Assembly: GCA_964637185.1 (NCBI GenBank)
Contig: CAZWVB010000001.1
Location: forward strand, 160,972 to 224,971
Reading direction: 5' to 3'
Source: an uncultured Candidatus Saccharibacteria bacterium
Lineage (GTDB): Bacteria; Patescibacteriota; Saccharimonadia; CAILAD01; BJGX01
Length of the DNA stretch: 64,000 nucleotides
In this document: one piece after another, positions 10,103-20,987 of the stretch
Layout of the letters: every line of letters starts with the position of its first letter
Numbering within the stretch: the first letter of the stretch is position 1
Notes under the pieces: generated by a model
The model's input: only the letters and a program-made list of their open reading frames with translations
Database searches by the model: none
What the model was told of the DNA's origin: nothing
Program-made: the position numbers and the translations under genes

Positions 10103-10354
10103 ATGTCAAAAGTCTTACGCTTTCTAACCCAATCCGACTTTGCTTTTGTCTGGAAATCGGCGCTATATCTGATACTAGGCTCGGTCTGGCTGGCGCCATC
10201 TGGGCATAGGATAATCCCAATCGGGTTGATAGTCGGCTTTGTGCTGGTGCACTTCATCGAATCCTTGCGCATCGATCGCCGGGTGGAGTTTGGACTGTTG
10301 GTGGTAGGTGCGGCATTTGGGCTGTACGGCCTAGGTATCACTATCAATTGGTGA
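10103..10354 (+). CDS. Hypothetical small membrane protein (83 aa)
   Basis: Two or three hydrophobic helices. Immediately upstream of rplC. Confidence 0.4.
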   Translation: MSKVLRFLTQSDFAFVWKSALYLILGSVWLAPSGHRIIPIGLIVGFVLVHFIESLRIDRRVEFGLLVVGAAFGLYGLGITINW

Positions 10355-10496
10355 CAAAACACTTGACACCAGATAGAGCTATCTGGTAGACTTATATCCG
10401 ATACAGATCACTGGGAAACCGCCAGGTCCGACTCACCCGGAAACCGGCACTAGGTTTGCCAGGATTGTTGTTTTATAGGGTAACTACAGGATAAGA

Positions 10497-11147
10497 ATGA
10501 AAGCATTACTGGCCAAAAAAATTGGAATGACCCAATTGATAGACGCTGATGGAAAAGTCAGCGCTGTTACTGTGCTCGAAGCTGGTCCTTGTGTAGTGAC
10601 TCAGCTCAAGACCGACGAGAGCGATGGCTACAATGCCGTACAGCTCGGTTTTGGCGAGGCCAAACACCCGGGTAAGAGTCTGCTGGGACATCTCAAAGCC
10701 AGTAAAGCCAAGAGTGCTCATCTGATGGAAGTGCGTCTGCCCGAAGCCAAGACAGCCGAATCAGCTGATGCCGAAGCGGCTGAAACTGCCAGTTGGAAGG
10801 TAGGCGATGTGCTAAAAGCCGATCTTTTTGAAACCGGAGAAGCAGTGCGTGTTACTGCGGTTTCCAAAGGAAAGGGCTTTGCCGGCACTATCAAGCGACA
10901 CAATTTCCACCGCGGCCCTAAGACTCATGGTAGTCACAATTATCGTGCGCCAGGGTCAATCGGCGCTGGATACCCACAACACGTCTTCAAAGGTCAGAAA
11001 ATGGCCGGTCGCATGGGTAATGCCCAGGTCACTATCCGCAACCAAAAGGTCATGCTTGTCGATGCTGGCAACCACACGTTGGCTATCGCCGGCTCTGTAC
11101 CAGGAGCCAAAGGTACTCTAGTGCTAGTCCAAGGAGCCCAGGTATGA
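10497..11147 (+). CDS. rplC: 50S ribosomal protein L3
   Basis: 216 aa with a canonical L3 sequence. Confidence 0.95.
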   Translation: MKALLAKKIGMTQLIDADGKVSAVTVLEAGPCVVTQLKTDESDGYNAVQLGFGEAKHPGKSLLGHLKASKAKSAHLMEVRLPEAKTAESADAEAAETASWKVGDVLKADLFETGEAVRVTAVSKGKGFAGTIKRHNFHRGPKTHGSHNYRAPGSIGAGYPQHVFKGQKMAGRMGNAQVTIRNQKVMLVDAGNHTLAIAGSVPGAKGTLVLVQGAQV

Positions 11148-11764
11148 AAGTTGCTACTTACACCAAGACTGGCAATAAGTCTGCTGAGCTCACGCTGGAT
11201 AAGAAATATTTTGGTGTTGAGACCAATGTGGATCTAATAGCCCAAGCTTACAATATGTACCTGGGTAATCAGCGCCAAGCTCATGCCAAGACCCTGACTC
11301 GAGCTGAGGTATCTGGTGGTGGACGCAAACCTTGGCGTCAAAAAGGCACTGGCAATGCTCGATTTGGTTCGACTCGTGTGCCAATATGGCGGCACGGTGG
11401 CGTGGCTCATGGGCCCACTGGCCTGCAAAATTATCACAAGAACATGCCGGCTGGTATGGCCAAATCAGCTCTCAAGAGCGCTTTGAGTAGCCAGGCTGAC
11501 AAAGTCGTAGTTATTGAAAAAATTGATATTGCTGATGGCAAAACCAAGTCTGCCGATGCATTACTCAACAAACTCGGTGTTGAGGGCAATGTGTTGGTAG
11601 TACTGGCTGCTGCAAATGATGTCGCTCAGCGTGCCTTGCGCAATCTAGCTGGTGTTGCAGTAATGCAGGCCGCCAAGCTCAATGTGTATGCTGTCATGAA
11701 TGCCGACAATATTGTGGTCGAAAAGGCTGCTATCGATGTCCTAATCAAAAGGTTGGAGGCTTAG
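11144..11764 (+). CDS. rplD: 50S ribosomal protein L4
   Basis: 206 aa. Start overlaps the rplC stop. Confidence 0.95.
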   Translation: MKVATYTKTGNKSAELTLDKKYFGVETNVDLIAQAYNMYLGNQRQAHAKTLTRAEVSGGGRKPWRQKGTGNARFGSTRVPIWRHGGVAHGPTGLQNYHKNMPAGMAKSALKSALSSQADKVVVIEKIDIADGKTKSADALLNKLGVEGNVLVVLAAANDVAQRALRNLAGVAVMQAAKLNVYAVMNADNIVVEKAAIDVLIKRLEA

Positions 11765-12063
11765 TGATGCAACACATGCTGATCACCCCTATTATTACTG
11801 AGAAGAGTATGCGGCTAGCCGCTAGCGGCACCTATATGTTTGGTGTGCCAACTCGCGCTAACAAGCCAGCAATCGCCGAAGCTGTGGCCAAACAGTTCAA
11901 GGTCGAGCCCATTCAAGTCAGAATTGCCAATTTGCAAGGTAAGACCAAACGTTTTGGCGGCCGCATGGGTAAGCGTAGTGATCAAAAACGAGCCTATGTA
12001 ACACTCAAAAAAGGCCAGAAAATAGATGCCTTTAGCGTAGTTGAGCCGGAGGAGAAGAAGTAA
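11764..12063 (+). CDS. rplW: 50S ribosomal protein L23
   Basis: 99 aa. Expected position in the S10 operon. Confidence 0.93.
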   Translation: MMQHMLITPIITEKSMRLAASGTYMFGVPTRANKPAIAEAVAKQFKVEPIQVRIANLQGKTKRFGGRMGKRSDQKRAYVTLKKGQKIDAFSVVEPEEKK

Positions 12064-12893
12064 TGGCCGTACGGGTTATCAAACAAAACACTGCCGCCGC
12101 TCGCAATATGAGCATGGCTGATTTTTCGGTACTGAGCCCTGCCAAGCCACAAAAGAAGCTACGTGTCGTCAAGAAGCAGCGCTCTGGCCGCAACAACCAG
12201 GGCCGTATTACTATTCGTCACCGCGGCGGCGGTAGCCGACGTGCCATCCGACTAGTAGATACACTAGGTGATTTTGCCAAAGCCGAAGTAATCGCTATTG
12301 AATACGACCCCAATCGCAGCGCCTATCTGGCACTACTACGCACCGAAGAAGGTAACAAAGGCTACACCATAGCAACTGCTGGTATGAAGGTGGGCCGTAG
12401 CGTGGCAATGGGCAAGGAAGTTGAAGTGCGCAATGGCAATCGCATGCCACTATCATCCATCCCAGCCGGCAGCACTATCTCCAATGTTGAGTTGCAGCCA
12501 GGCCGTGGTGCTCAGCTGGCTCGCACCGCTGGTGCCCGTGCTCAAGTAGTAGCCAAAGAGGGCAAGTTTGTACAGGTCAAACTCCCATCATCTGAAGTGC
12601 GTCTGATACATGAGGACTGTATGGCTACACTAGGCCAGGTCGGCAATGCTGATCATAGCAACATCAAAATCGGCTCAGCTGGTCGCAAGCGCCGTATGGG
12701 TATACGACCCACAGTGCGTGGTAAGGCTATGAATCCAGTAGATCATCCACACGGCGGTGGTGAGGGCGGTGTTTCGATTGGTCTCAAGAACCCTAAGACA
12801 CCTTGGGGATTGCCAGCACTTGGTCGCAAGACCCGACGCCGTAAATATACTAATAATATGATTGTCAGAGGCAGAAAGCGAGGCAAACGATGA
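12063..12893 (+). CDS. rplB: 50S ribosomal protein L2
   Basis: 276 aa with the C-terminal GGGEG motif region. Confidence 0.96.
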   Translation: MAVRVIKQNTAAARNMSMADFSVLSPAKPQKKLRVVKKQRSGRNNQGRITIRHRGGGSRRAIRLVDTLGDFAKAEVIAIEYDPNRSAYLALLRTEEGNKGYTIATAGMKVGRSVAMGKEVEVRNGNRMPLSSIPAGSTISNVELQPGRGAQLARTAGARAQVVAKEGKFVQVKLPSSEVRLIHEDCMATLGQVGNADHSNIKIGSAGRKRRMGIRPTVRGKAMNPVDHPHGGGEGGVSIGLKNPKTPWGLPALGRKTRRRKYTNNMIVRGRKRGKR

Positions 12894-13180
12894 GCCGCTC
12901 AACCCGCAAAGGTCCATTTGTGGATCCCAAATTACTCAAGAAAATCCTGGCCTTGCAGCCTGAGGATAAGACCGTGGTGAAGACATGGGCACGCGCTAGT
13001 ACCATCAGCCCAGAGATGGTCGGTCGCACCATCGCTGTGCACAATGGCAAGACTCATGTGTCGGTGTTTGTATCAGAGAATATGGTAGGCCACAAGCTGG
13101 GCGAATTTGCCCCTACCCGTAAATTCCGTGGCCATGGTGGTAAGCTAGCCAAGGCCGAAGGTGATGGAGCTAGCTCATGA
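12890..13180 (+). CDS. rpsS: 30S ribosomal protein S19
   Basis: 96 aa with a typical S19 sequence ([10 protein letters not shown]...). Confidence 0.95.
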   Translation: MSRSTRKGPFVDPKLLKKILALQPEDKTVVKTWARASTISPEMVGRTIAVHNGKTHVSVFVSENMVGHKLGEFAPTRKFRGHGGKLAKAEGDGASS

Positions 13181-13536
13181 GAGTTCATGCCCAAGCCCGC
13201 GAGTTGAATATCTCAGCCCAAAAGTTGCGCCAGGTGGCTGACGATGTTCGTGGTACCAGTGCCAATCAAGCATTGGAGCGCTTGGCTGTGATGCCACACA
13301 AAGGAGCTCGTATGATATATGATGCGCTTCATAGTGCTATGGCCAATGCCGAGAACAATCACAATCTCAACCGCAACAATCTTGATATTACCGAAATCCG
13401 AGTCGATCAGGGCAGCAAATTGAAGCGATTCCGCCCGCGTGCTCGTGGTCGTGCTACCCAAGTAATTCATCCTAGCTCGCATCTTACTGTAGTATTGCAA
13501 GACCAACCTAAAGTCAAAACCAAGGAGGCTGCATAA
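13177..13536 (+). CDS. rplV: 50S ribosomal protein L22
   Basis: 119 aa. Confidence 0.93.
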   Translation: MRVHAQARELNISAQKLRQVADDVRGTSANQALERLAVMPHKGARMIYDALHSAMANAENNHNLNRNNLDITEIRVDQGSKLKRFRPRARGRATQVIHPSSHLTVVLQDQPKVKTKEAA

Positions 13537-14162
13537 TGGGCCAAAAAGTCAATCCTATCAGCATGCGTTTGAGCACTCAGCGCAACTGGCAGTCTCGCTG
13601 GATCGCTCCACGTGATTTTGCTCGCTATACTGTCGAAGACATCAAGATACGCCAGGCTGTCGAAGATCTGCTTGGTTTTCGCGGTGGTGTAGCCAAGGTA
13701 GAGATCGAACGACCTCGCGGTGAGCTGGTAGTCAATATTCATACTGCCAAGCCTGGTGTGGTAATCGGTCGCAGTGGTTCGGGTATTGATGCTCTCAAGA
13801 AGAAACTGGCTGGTCTAACCAAACAAAAAGTAACTATCAATATCGAAGAAGTCCGCTCGCCAGAGCTGGTCGCACAGTTGGTGGCCGAAAATGTTGCCTC
13901 ACAGCTAGAGCGACGTATGGCTTTTCGTCGGGTCATCAAAAATGCGGTTGAGAATGCCATCAAGTCTGGTGCGCTAGGCGCCAAAGTCAGTGTGTCTGGC
14001 CGTCTCAACGGTGCCGAAATGGCGCGACGTGAGACCGCCATGGACGGCAGTATTCCACTACATACCATCAAGGCCAATATTGAGTACGGTACTGCCCAAG
14101 CCAAGACTACTTATGGCATCATTGGCGTCAAAGTATGGATATACAAAGGATCGGAGCAATAA
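13536..14162 (+). CDS. rpsC: 30S ribosomal protein S3
   Basis: 208 aa. KH domain. Confidence 0.95.
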   Translation: MGQKVNPISMRLSTQRNWQSRWIAPRDFARYTVEDIKIRQAVEDLLGFRGGVAKVEIERPRGELVVNIHTAKPGVVIGRSGSGIDALKKKLAGLTKQKVTINIEEVRSPELVAQLVAENVASQLERRMAFRRVIKNAVENAIKSGALGAKVSVSGRLNGAEMARRETAMDGSIPLHTIKANIEYGTAQAKTTYGIIGVKVWIYKGSEQ

Positions 14163-14165
14163 GCC

Positions 14166-14600
14166 ATGTTGATGCCGCGTAAAACCAAATATCGCAAGCA
14201 GTTCAAGGGCCGTATCAATGGTCAAGCCAACGGCAATGTTGAGATTGACTTTGGCAACTACGGTCTCAAAAGCATGGAAGTTGGCCGCATCAGCTCACGT
14301 CAAATAGAGGCAGCTCGCCGCGCTATGACTCGCTATGTCCAACGTGGCGGCAAGATCTGGATACGTATCTATCCGCACACTCCCATCACACGTAAGCCTG
14401 CCGAAGTACCGATGGGATCTGGTAAGGGTGCAGTTGATCACTATGTAGCCAAGATCAAGCCAGGCACCATATTGTTTGAAATGGACGGTGTTAGTGAAGA
14501 CATTGCCAAAGAGGCTATGCGGCTAGCGGCCAATAAATTGTCTGTGAAGACTAAGTTTTTGAGTAAGACTGCCCAGGGAGACAGCCATGAAAGCGAATGA
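14166..14600 (+). CDS. rplP: 50S ribosomal protein L16
   Basis: 144 aa. Confidence 0.95.
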   Translation: MLMPRKTKYRKQFKGRINGQANGNVEIDFGNYGLKSMEVGRISSRQIEAARRAMTRYVQRGGKIWIRIYPHTPITRKPAEVPMGSGKGAVDHYVAKIKPGTILFEMDGVSEDIAKEAMRLAANKLSVKTKFLSKTAQGDSHESE

Positions 14601-14787
14601 ATTACGCAAACAATCCAATACTGCGCTGACCAAATTGCTTGGCGAGAAACGGGCTGATTTGGCCGAACAAGTTGTCCAGCTCCATAGCAAGGAAGTCAAG
14701 AACGTGCGTGCAATTCGCAGTCTCAAAAAAGATATCGCCAGAATACTGACTATCATGGCTGAACAGGCCCAAGGAGATCAATCATGA
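14587..14787 (+). CDS. rpmC: 50S ribosomal protein L29
   Basis: 66 aa. Confidence 0.9.
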   Translation: MKANELRKQSNTALTKLLGEKRADLAEQVVQLHSKEVKNVRAIRSLKKDIARILTIMAEQAQGDQS

Positions 14788-15035
14788 ATCGAATACTTAC
14801 AGGTACCGTAGTATCGGATAAGATGGAAAAAACAGTGATTGTCGCTGTGGCTCGTGACAAACGTCATCCGCTGTACAACAAGCGATATATTGTCACCAAG
14901 CGATTTGCCGCTGACAATAGTCAAGTAGCTTGCCAGGCTGGTGATGTTGTCGAGATCACCGAGACACGGCCGATCAGTAAGACCAAGAAGTTTGCTGTGA
15001 CCAAAGTAGTCACCAAGCGAGAGGATGCCAAATGA
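14784..15035 (+). CDS. rpsQ: 30S ribosomal protein S17
   Basis: 83 aa. Confidence 0.93.
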   Translation: MNRILTGTVVSDKMEKTVIVAVARDKRHPLYNKRYIVTKRFAADNSQVACQAGDVVEITETRPISKTKKFAVTKVVTKREDAK

Positions 15036-15400
15036 TTCAGGCCCAGACATTGCTAAAAGTAGCCGACAATACAGGCGCCAAGCAGCTCATGACTATCAAG
15101 GTGCTAGGTGGTAGTAAGCGTCGCTATGCTCGAGTCGGTGATGTGGTAACTGCAAGTGTCCGCATCGCTACACCCAACGGCACCGTCAAGAAAAAAGAAG
15201 TGGTCCGAGCCGTGATAGTACGCAGTGTTGCATCCAACCAGCGTGCCGATGGCAGCGCTATATGTTTTGATGAAAACGCTGCCGTGATAGTTGATAAGGC
15301 TGACCTGCCTCGCGGTACACGCATCTTCGGGCCAATTGCCCGGGAGCTACGCGAGCGCGGTTATTCCAAGATCGTTTCATTGGCACCGGAGGTACTGTGA
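15032..15400 (+). CDS. rplN: 50S ribosomal protein L14
   Basis: 122 aa. Confidence 0.95.
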   Translation: MIQAQTLLKVADNTGAKQLMTIKVLGGSKRRYARVGDVVTASVRIATPNGTVKKKEVVRAVIVRSVASNQRADGSAICFDENAAVIVDKADLPRGTRIFGPIARELRERGYSKIVSLAPEVL

Positions 15401-15762
15401 TGAAGATTGTCAAAGGCGACAAAGTCATGGTAATAGCCGGCCGCAACCGTGGCGTCCAAGGCTCTGTGTTGGCCGTGTTGCCCAAGAAAAACCAAGTGGT
15501 AGTCGAGGGTGTCAATGTGGCCAAACGTCATACCAAGCCATCGGCTAGCAATCCCAAAGGTGGTATTTTGGAGTTGACCCGACCAATCGATGTGAGCAAG
15601 GTTATGGCGATTGATCCCAAATCAGGCAAGCCAGCCCGCATTGGCTACAAAATATCAGCCAACGGCAAGAAAGAGCGCATCTACCGAGTGAGTAGCTTTA
15701 GCAATCCCAAGGCCAAGAAGCCCGCTGCCAAAACCAGCAAAACCACAAAGGATAAATCATGA
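15397..15762 (+). CDS. rplX: 50S ribosomal protein L24
   Basis: 121 aa. KOW motif plus a lysine-rich C-terminal tail. Confidence 0.93.
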   Translation: MMKIVKGDKVMVIAGRNRGVQGSVLAVLPKKNQVVVEGVNVAKRHTKPSASNPKGGILELTRPIDVSKVMAIDPKSGKPARIGYKISANGKKERIYRVSSFSNPKAKKPAAKTSKTTKDKS

Positions 15763-16307
15763 ATCGTTTGCAGGAAAAATACACCAGTCAAATACGACCC
15801 GAGCTCGGCAAAGAGCTGGCTATCAACAATAGCTTGGCAGTGCCGCGTTTGGAGAAGATTGTTATCAACGCCGGTGTCGGACGAGCTGTTATGGATAGTA
15901 AGCACATCGACCCTGTAGTAGAAGTGATCACAGCTATAGCTGGCCAAAAACCAGTAGTGACCCGCTCCAAAAAGAGCATCGCTACCTTCAAACTGCGTGA
16001 CAATATGCCGATTGGCGTGATGGTGACATTGCGTGGTGAGCGTATGTATACATTTTTGGACTTGCTCAATTCAGTAGTGCTACCACGATTGCGTGACTTC
16101 CGCGGTCTGAGCAATATGAGCTTTGACAAATCTGGCAACTACAACATTGGCATTGCTGACCACACAGTATTTCCGCAAGCTGCCTCGATCGAAGTCGGTC
16201 AGCCGGTGGGCGTACAGATCACATTGGTAACCAAAACACCTAACGTGGAGGCGGCCAAAGCACTTTTGCTGGGCTTAGGCGTACCACTAGCAAAGGAGGC
16301 CAAGTAA
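15759..16307 (+). CDS. rplE: 50S ribosomal protein L5
   Basis: 182 aa. Confidence 0.95.
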   Translation: MNRLQEKYTSQIRPELGKELAINNSLAVPRLEKIVINAGVGRAVMDSKHIDPVVEVITAIAGQKPVVTRSKKSIATFKLRDNMPIGVMVTLRGERMYTFLDLLNSVVLPRLRDFRGLSNMSFDKSGNYNIGIADHTVFPQAASIEVGQPVGVQITLVTKTPNVEAAKALLLGLGVPLAKEAK

Positions 16308-16576
16308 TGGCACGTAAAGCATTGATACAGCGCGAAATTAAGCGTCAGAAGCTGGCCGAGCGCTATGCCAAAAAGCATGCTGAGCTCAAAGCGGCTGGTG
16401 ATTTAGAAGGCTTGAGCAAATTGCCACGCAATGCCAACCCTGTGCGCCAGCATAATCGTTGCGCTATCACTGGACGGTCCAAAGGCTATTTACGCAACTT
16501 TGGTCTGAGCCGTATTACCTTCCGTGAGCAAGCCAGCAACGGCAAGATCCCAGGAATAACCAAATCGAGCTGGTAG
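16307..16576 (+). CDS. rpsN: 30S ribosomal protein S14 (long type)
   Basis: 89 aa. Ends with the conserved ...GITKSSW. Confidence 0.93.
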   Translation: MARKALIQREIKRQKLAERYAKKHAELKAAGDLEGLSKLPRNANPVRQHNRCAITGRSKGYLRNFGLSRITFREQASNGKIPGITKSSW

Positions 16577-16586
16577 GAGAACAAGT

Positions 16587-16982
16587 ATGATTACAACCGA
16601 TCCAATTGCAGACATGTTGACCCGCATCCGCAACGCCCAGATGAGCCGCCGCGATGTGGTGAGGCTGCCGCATTCCAAGCTCAAACAGGCTATTGCCGAG
16701 ATACTCAAGACCCAAGGCTATATCGACAGCTATAGCGTTGATAATTCCACGGCCGTGGCTCAGCTAGAGCTGCAGCTCACCGGGCCAGCTCAAAGCAAGA
16801 GTATTACCAAGTTGATCCGTGTCAGCAAGCCGGGCCGACGCATGTATGCCAAAGTCGATGAGATTCCCAAAGTCCTCAACGGTCGCGGTACGATGATTGT
16901 TTCGACTTCTGCAGGACTGATGACAGGCAGCGAGGCTCGCAGCAAGCGTCTGGGTGGCGAATTAATTTGTAAGGTGTGGTAG
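16587..16982 (+). CDS. rpsH: 30S ribosomal protein S8
   Basis: 131 aa. Confidence 0.95.
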   Translation: MITTDPIADMLTRIRNAQMSRRDVVRLPHSKLKQAIAEILKTQGYIDSYSVDNSTAVAQLELQLTGPAQSKSITKLIRVSKPGRRMYAKVDEIPKVLNGRGTMIVSTSAGLMTGSEARSKRLGGELICKVW

Positions 16983-16992
16983 GAGTGCTACG

Positions 16993-17544
16993 ATGAGTCG
17001 AATTGGCAAACTTCCAGTTACAATTACCCAGGGCGTCGAGCTGAGCGTCAGTGGCAACATTATCTCGGCCAAAGGTCCAAAAGGCGAGCTAACAGCTCAG
17101 CTACTGCCAGGCTTTGAGATTGAGATAGCTGACGACAAAGCAACTATTGTTAAAAAGGCCGACACACGTTTGGCTCAACAGCAGTACGGCCTGATGCGTA
17201 CTTTGGTTTTCAACCTAGTGGCCGGAGTAAGTGAAGGCTTCCAAAAACAGCTAGAGATAGACGGTGTGGGCTATCGCGTTGCGCTCAAGGGCAATTCGCT
17301 AGAGCTTAATCTAGGCTATTCTCACCCCATCAACTACACTCCACCAGCTGGTGTCGAGCTCAAAGTCGAGCAAAATGTCATCACGGTCAGTGGTGCAGAC
17401 AAACAGTTGGTTGGCGAAGTAGCTGCCAACATACGCGAATTTCGCAAGCCCGAGCCGTATAAGGGCAAAGGTATCCATTACATGGGCGAGACTATCCGCC
17501 GCAAGGCTGGTAAAGCTGCTGCCAAGGCAGGAGCTGAGGGCTAA
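16993..17544 (+). CDS. rplF: 50S ribosomal protein L6
   Basis: 183 aa. Confidence 0.95.
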   Translation: MSRIGKLPVTITQGVELSVSGNIISAKGPKGELTAQLLPGFEIEIADDKATIVKKADTRLAQQQYGLMRTLVFNLVAGVSEGFQKQLEIDGVGYRVALKGNSLELNLGYSHPINYTPPAGVELKVEQNVITVSGADKQLVGEVAANIREFRKPEPYKGKGIHYMGETIRRKAGKAAAKAGAEG

Positions 17545-17552
17545 GGAGATAT

Positions 17553-17909
17553 ATGAAACAAGCTACCATCAACCACCAACGCAAACAAATCCGTCGACGT
17601 ATCCGTGCTAAGATAGCCGGTAATGCCGCACGACCACGTTTGCACGTATCAATTTCACATCTAGCCGTGTCGGCTCAGATCATCAATGATGATGCTGCGA
17701 CGACTTTGTGTGCAGTTAGTAGCCGTCAGGGCGGCGACAAGGCCGGCAAGACCTTGACCGAGCAGGCCACATGGGTGGGTAAGACTATCGCCGAAGCTGC
17801 TTTAAAACAGAAGATAACCACAGTCGTGTTTGATCGCGGTATCCATCGCTATCATGGTCGCGTCAAGGCACTAGGTGATGCTGCCCGCGAAGCTGGACTA
17901 AAGATATAG
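17553..17909 (+). CDS. rplR: 50S ribosomal protein L18
   Basis: 118 aa. Confidence 0.93.
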   Translation: MKQATINHQRKQIRRRIRAKIAGNAARPRLHVSISHLAVSAQIINDDAATTLCAVSSRQGGDKAGKTLTEQATWVGKTIAEAALKQKITTVVFDRGIHRYHGRVKALGDAAREAGLKI

Positions 17910-17921
17910 CAAAGGACAATT

Positions 17922-18431
17922 ATGAATCCACGCAACAATCCTCACAACAATCAAGAACCAAAAGAATTTGAAGAAAAAATCCTAGCTTTGGATAGGGTAG
18001 CTCGTGTAGTAGCTGGTGGTAGACGATTTCGCTTTCGTGCTACCGTAGTTATCGGTGATGGCAAAGGTCGGGTTGGAGTGGGTGTTGGCAAAGGTACTGA
18101 TGCGCCTGGCTCAATCGTCAAGGCCGTGGCTCGTGCCAAAAAAGCCATGATCACCGTGCCTACCAAAGGCACAACTATTGCTCATGAAGTGCAGGTCAGC
18201 TACGGCGGGGCCACAGTGCTGCTCAAGCCAGCTAGTGAGGGTACTGGTGTAATAGCAGGTGGTGCCGTACGTGCCGTGATTGAAGCAGTTGGCATCAAAG
18301 ACCTACTGGCCAAATCGCTTGGCTCTACCAACAAGATCAACAATGCCTATGCCACGATTGAGGCTTTGCAGCAGCTACAAACTGACGGCGATGATAAAGC
18401 CGACTCTACCAAATCGGAGAAGAAATCATGA
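17922..18431 (+). CDS. rpsE: 30S ribosomal protein S5
   Basis: 169 aa. It is followed directly by L15 with no L30 gene in between. Confidence 0.95.
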   Translation: MNPRNNPHNNQEPKEFEEKILALDRVARVVAGGRRFRFRATVVIGDGKGRVGVGVGKGTDAPGSIVKAVARAKKAMITVPTKGTTIAHEVQVSYGGATVLLKPASEGTGVIAGGAVRAVIEAVGIKDLLAKSLGSTNKINNAYATIEALQQLQTDGDDKADSTKSEKKS

Positions 18432-18916
18432 AAATACACGAGCTAGCGACTACTAGCAAGCCTACCCGTAAGCGAGTCGGGCGTGGTATATCGGCTGGTG
18501 GTGGAAAGACCGCCGGGCGTGGTACCAAGGGCCAGAATTCCCGCACAGGTGGCGGCGTAATACTAGGTTTTGAAGGTGGACAGACTAAATTGTCACGACG
18601 CTTGCCCAAAAAACGTGGCTTTACTGCTTTGGCTAAGCCAACAGTAGAAGTAGTCAACGTGGGTGATCTTGAGGTACTCAAGAAAGCTACTATTGATGCC
18701 AAGGTTTTGGCAGATGCCGGCTTGGTTAGTAGTGAGAAGAGCAGTATTAAGCTGCTAGGCGATGGTGATCTCCAGGCCAAGCTAAGCATTCAAGTCACAG
18801 CTGCCTCCAAATCAGCCATAGCCAAAGTTGAAGCTGCAGGCGGAAGTGTTAAAATTACTACTACTGAGGCTGCTACCAAGCCAAAAACGGACAAAACTAA
18901 GCCAAGCCAAACCTAA
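18428..18916 (+). CDS. rplO: 50S ribosomal protein L15
   Basis: 162 aa with a glycine/arginine-rich N-terminus typical of L15. Confidence 0.93.
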   Translation: MKIHELATTSKPTRKRVGRGISAGGGKTAGRGTKGQNSRTGGGVILGFEGGQTKLSRRLPKKRGFTALAKPTVEVVNVGDLEVLKKATIDAKVLADAGLVSSEKSSIKLLGDGDLQAKLSIQVTAASKSAIAKVEAAGGSVKITTTEAATKPKTDKTKPSQT

Positions 18917-18924
18917 GGAGGGTC

Positions 18925-20244
18925 ATGAATACGGCGCTGTTACGGCAATTGTATACCAACCGAGACCTGCGCAAACGAGTATTGATAGTACTGGGTATTT
19001 TGGCTGTCTATGCTGCGCTTACAAATGTGCCGGTACCGGTGCCAGATACTGCCAAGTTGCAAAACTTCCTATTACGGATGTTCCAATCTAGCCCACTCCT
19101 AGGCTTCGCCAATCTTTTTACTGGCGGGGCGATGAGTAGGTTTTCAATTATTCTGATGGGCTTGGGGCCGTACATCAACGCCTCCATTATTATTCAGCTG
19201 CTTACCCAGGTTGTACCACAGCTCAACGAACTTCAGAAGGAAGGTGAATCTGGACGTGCCAAGATAAATCACTACACAAGGCTGCTAACTGTACCATTGG
19301 CTATTATCCAATCTATCGCCATGATTACTTTTGTCCGCACTCTTTCTGTTCAAGTAGGCGGTGTTGACGTGGTCGGTAGCCCTACTATCGCACAATGGGT
19401 GTTGATGGTATCTAGTATCACGGCCGGCAGCTTACTACTGACTTGGCTGGGCGAGCTTATTACCGAGTATGGCATAGGCAATGGGATATCATTGATTATT
19501 ATGGCTGGTATTGTGGCCAACCTGCCTGGTATGGTGTTACAACAGTTTAGCTTGGCCCAAGCTGATAGCACCAAACTCATCACACTGATCGGGCTTGGAG
19601 TAGTGGCATTTCTGGCCATTATCTTCGTGGTCTATCTCAATGAGGGCCAGCGCAATATCCCCATATCTTATGCGCGTCGTACCAGTCTGATAGGCAGCAG
19701 TAGCGGCGTAGATACACATTTGCCGTTGCGGGTGATATCTGCTGGCGTTGTACCAATTATATTCGCCTTGGCCTTCTTGAGCGTGCCGGCTTTTTTGGGG
19801 CAACTATTTAGCCATGCTAGCACGCCGTGGGTGGCCAATGCGGCCGCTACACTGAGCCGATGGTTCCAGCCCACCAACACCATCTATGCCGTTACTTATT
19901 TCCTGCTAGTGTTTAGTTTTACATATTTCTATACCAGTATCATCTTCCGGCCGTCTGAAATAGCCGAGAACCTACAGAAACAAGGTGGTTTTATACCTGG
20001 CGTACGACCAGGCAACGAAACTGCTAAATATCTTAAGACTATTATCAACCGTATCACACTGGTGGGGGCTCTGAGTCTTGGTGTTTTGGCGCTATTCCCA
20101 TTTATACTGCAGCGGTTTTTCCAGAATTCAAGTGCTCTGGTGAGTATAGGCGGTACTGGTCTACTGATTATTGTGGCTGTAGTGATTGAGACTATGAAGC
20201 AAGTGGAAGCCAAAGCTTTGATGGCTAGTTATGAGAAATACTAG
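18925..20244 (+). CDS. secY: Preprotein translocase subunit SecY
   Basis: 439 aa with 10 TM segments. Expected position after rplO. Confidence 0.95.
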   Translation: MNTALLRQLYTNRDLRKRVLIVLGILAVYAALTNVPVPVPDTAKLQNFLLRMFQSSPLLGFANLFTGGAMSRFSIILMGLGPYINASIIIQLLTQVVPQLNELQKEGESGRAKINHYTRLLTVPLAIIQSIAMITFVRTLSVQVGGVDVVGSPTIAQWVLMVSSITAGSLLLTWLGELITEYGIGNGISLIIMAGIVANLPGMVLQQFSLAQADSTKLITLIGLGVVAFLAIIFVVYLNEGQRNIPISYARRTSLIGSSSGVDTHLPLRVISAGVVPIIFALAFLSVPAFLGQLFSHASTPWVANAAATLSRWFQPTNTIYAVTYFLLVFSFTYFYTSIIFRPSEIAENLQKQGGFIPGVRPGNETAKYLKTIINRITLVGALSLGVLALFPFILQRFFQNSSALVSIGGTGLLIIVAVVIETMKQVEAKALMASYEKY

Positions 20245-20570
20245 TGATTTACGAACTTCGAACTTACGAAACCTTCAACCATAACAAAAAGGCTTTTCAT
20301 GACCGTTTTGAAGAGCACGCCATGCGAATCATGAAAAAATATGGTTTTGAAATAGTTGGCTGCTGGGATGAGGAAATTGGCGAAATGCAAAATTTCAGCT
20401 ATATTCTTGCTTGGAAAGACTTGAATACCCGTCAAGCAGCTTGGAGTAATTTTAATTCTGATGAAGAATGGTCAAATATAAAACTAGAATCCTTCAAGAA
20501 ACACGGCCAATTGGTATTTAAAACACACAATAAAATACTAAAACCTACAAAATATTCACCATTGCAATAA
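20244..20570 (+). CDS. NIPSNAP family protein
   Basis: 108 aa beginning MIYELRTYE, the characteristic NIPSNAP N-terminus. GTG start overlapping the secY stop. AT-rich. Confidence 0.6.
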   Translation: MIYELRTYETFNHNKKAFHDRFEEHAMRIMKKYGFEIVGCWDEEIGEMQNFSYILAWKDLNTRQAAWSNFNSDEEWSNIKLESFKKHGQLVFKTHNKILKPTKYSPLQ

Positions 20571-20585
20571 TATTTAACAAAACTC

Positions 20586-20614
20586 TTTACAGATTAGACC
20601 AGATGGGGTATAAT
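20586..20614 (+). promoter_or_regulatory. Promoter upstream of infA: -35 TTTACA, then CCAGATGGgg, then -10 TATAAT
   Basis: TTTACA at 20586-20591, CCAGATGG at 20599-20606, TATAAT at 20609-20614. Confidence 0.5.
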
Positions 20615-20637
20615 CTATCACTGTAACGTTAGTACTC

Positions 20638-20856
20638 ATGAGCAACAAAAAGGAATTACTAGAAGTAGAAGGTACCGTTTTGGAGGCCTTGCCCAATACG
20701 ACTTTTCGGGTGCAACTCGAAAACGGTCATGAGATACTAGCGCATGTGGCTGGCAAAATGCGCATGCACTATATCAAAATTTTGCCAGGTGATAAGGTAA
20801 CGCTAGAGATGACGCCATATGATCTTAGCAAAGGCCGTATTACTTATCGTAAGTAA
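20638..20856 (+). CDS. infA: Translation initiation factor IF-1
   Basis: 72 aa with an S1-like fold (...ILPGDKV.LE...YDL.KGRI.YR). Confidence 0.95.
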   Translation: MSNKKELLEVEGTVLEALPNTTFRVQLENGHEILAHVAGKMRMHYIKILPGDKVTLEMTPYDLSKGRITYRK

Positions 20857-20868
20857 GGGGATTGATCA

Positions 20869-20982
20869 ATGAAGGTTCGAGCCGGAGTCAAAAAAATGTG
20901 TGCCAAATGCAAGATAGTCCGCCGCCGCGGTCAGGTTGCTGTAATATGCGAAAATCCTAAGCACAAACAGAGGCAAGGATAA
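20869..20982 (+). CDS. rpmJ: 50S ribosomal protein L36
   Basis: Translates as [37 protein letters not shown] (37 aa). Not in the ORF track because it is short. Canonical position between infA and rpsM. Confidence 0.9.
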   Translation: MKVRAGVKKMCAKCKIVRRRGQVAVICENPKHKQRQG

Positions 20983-20987
20983 TTGTT

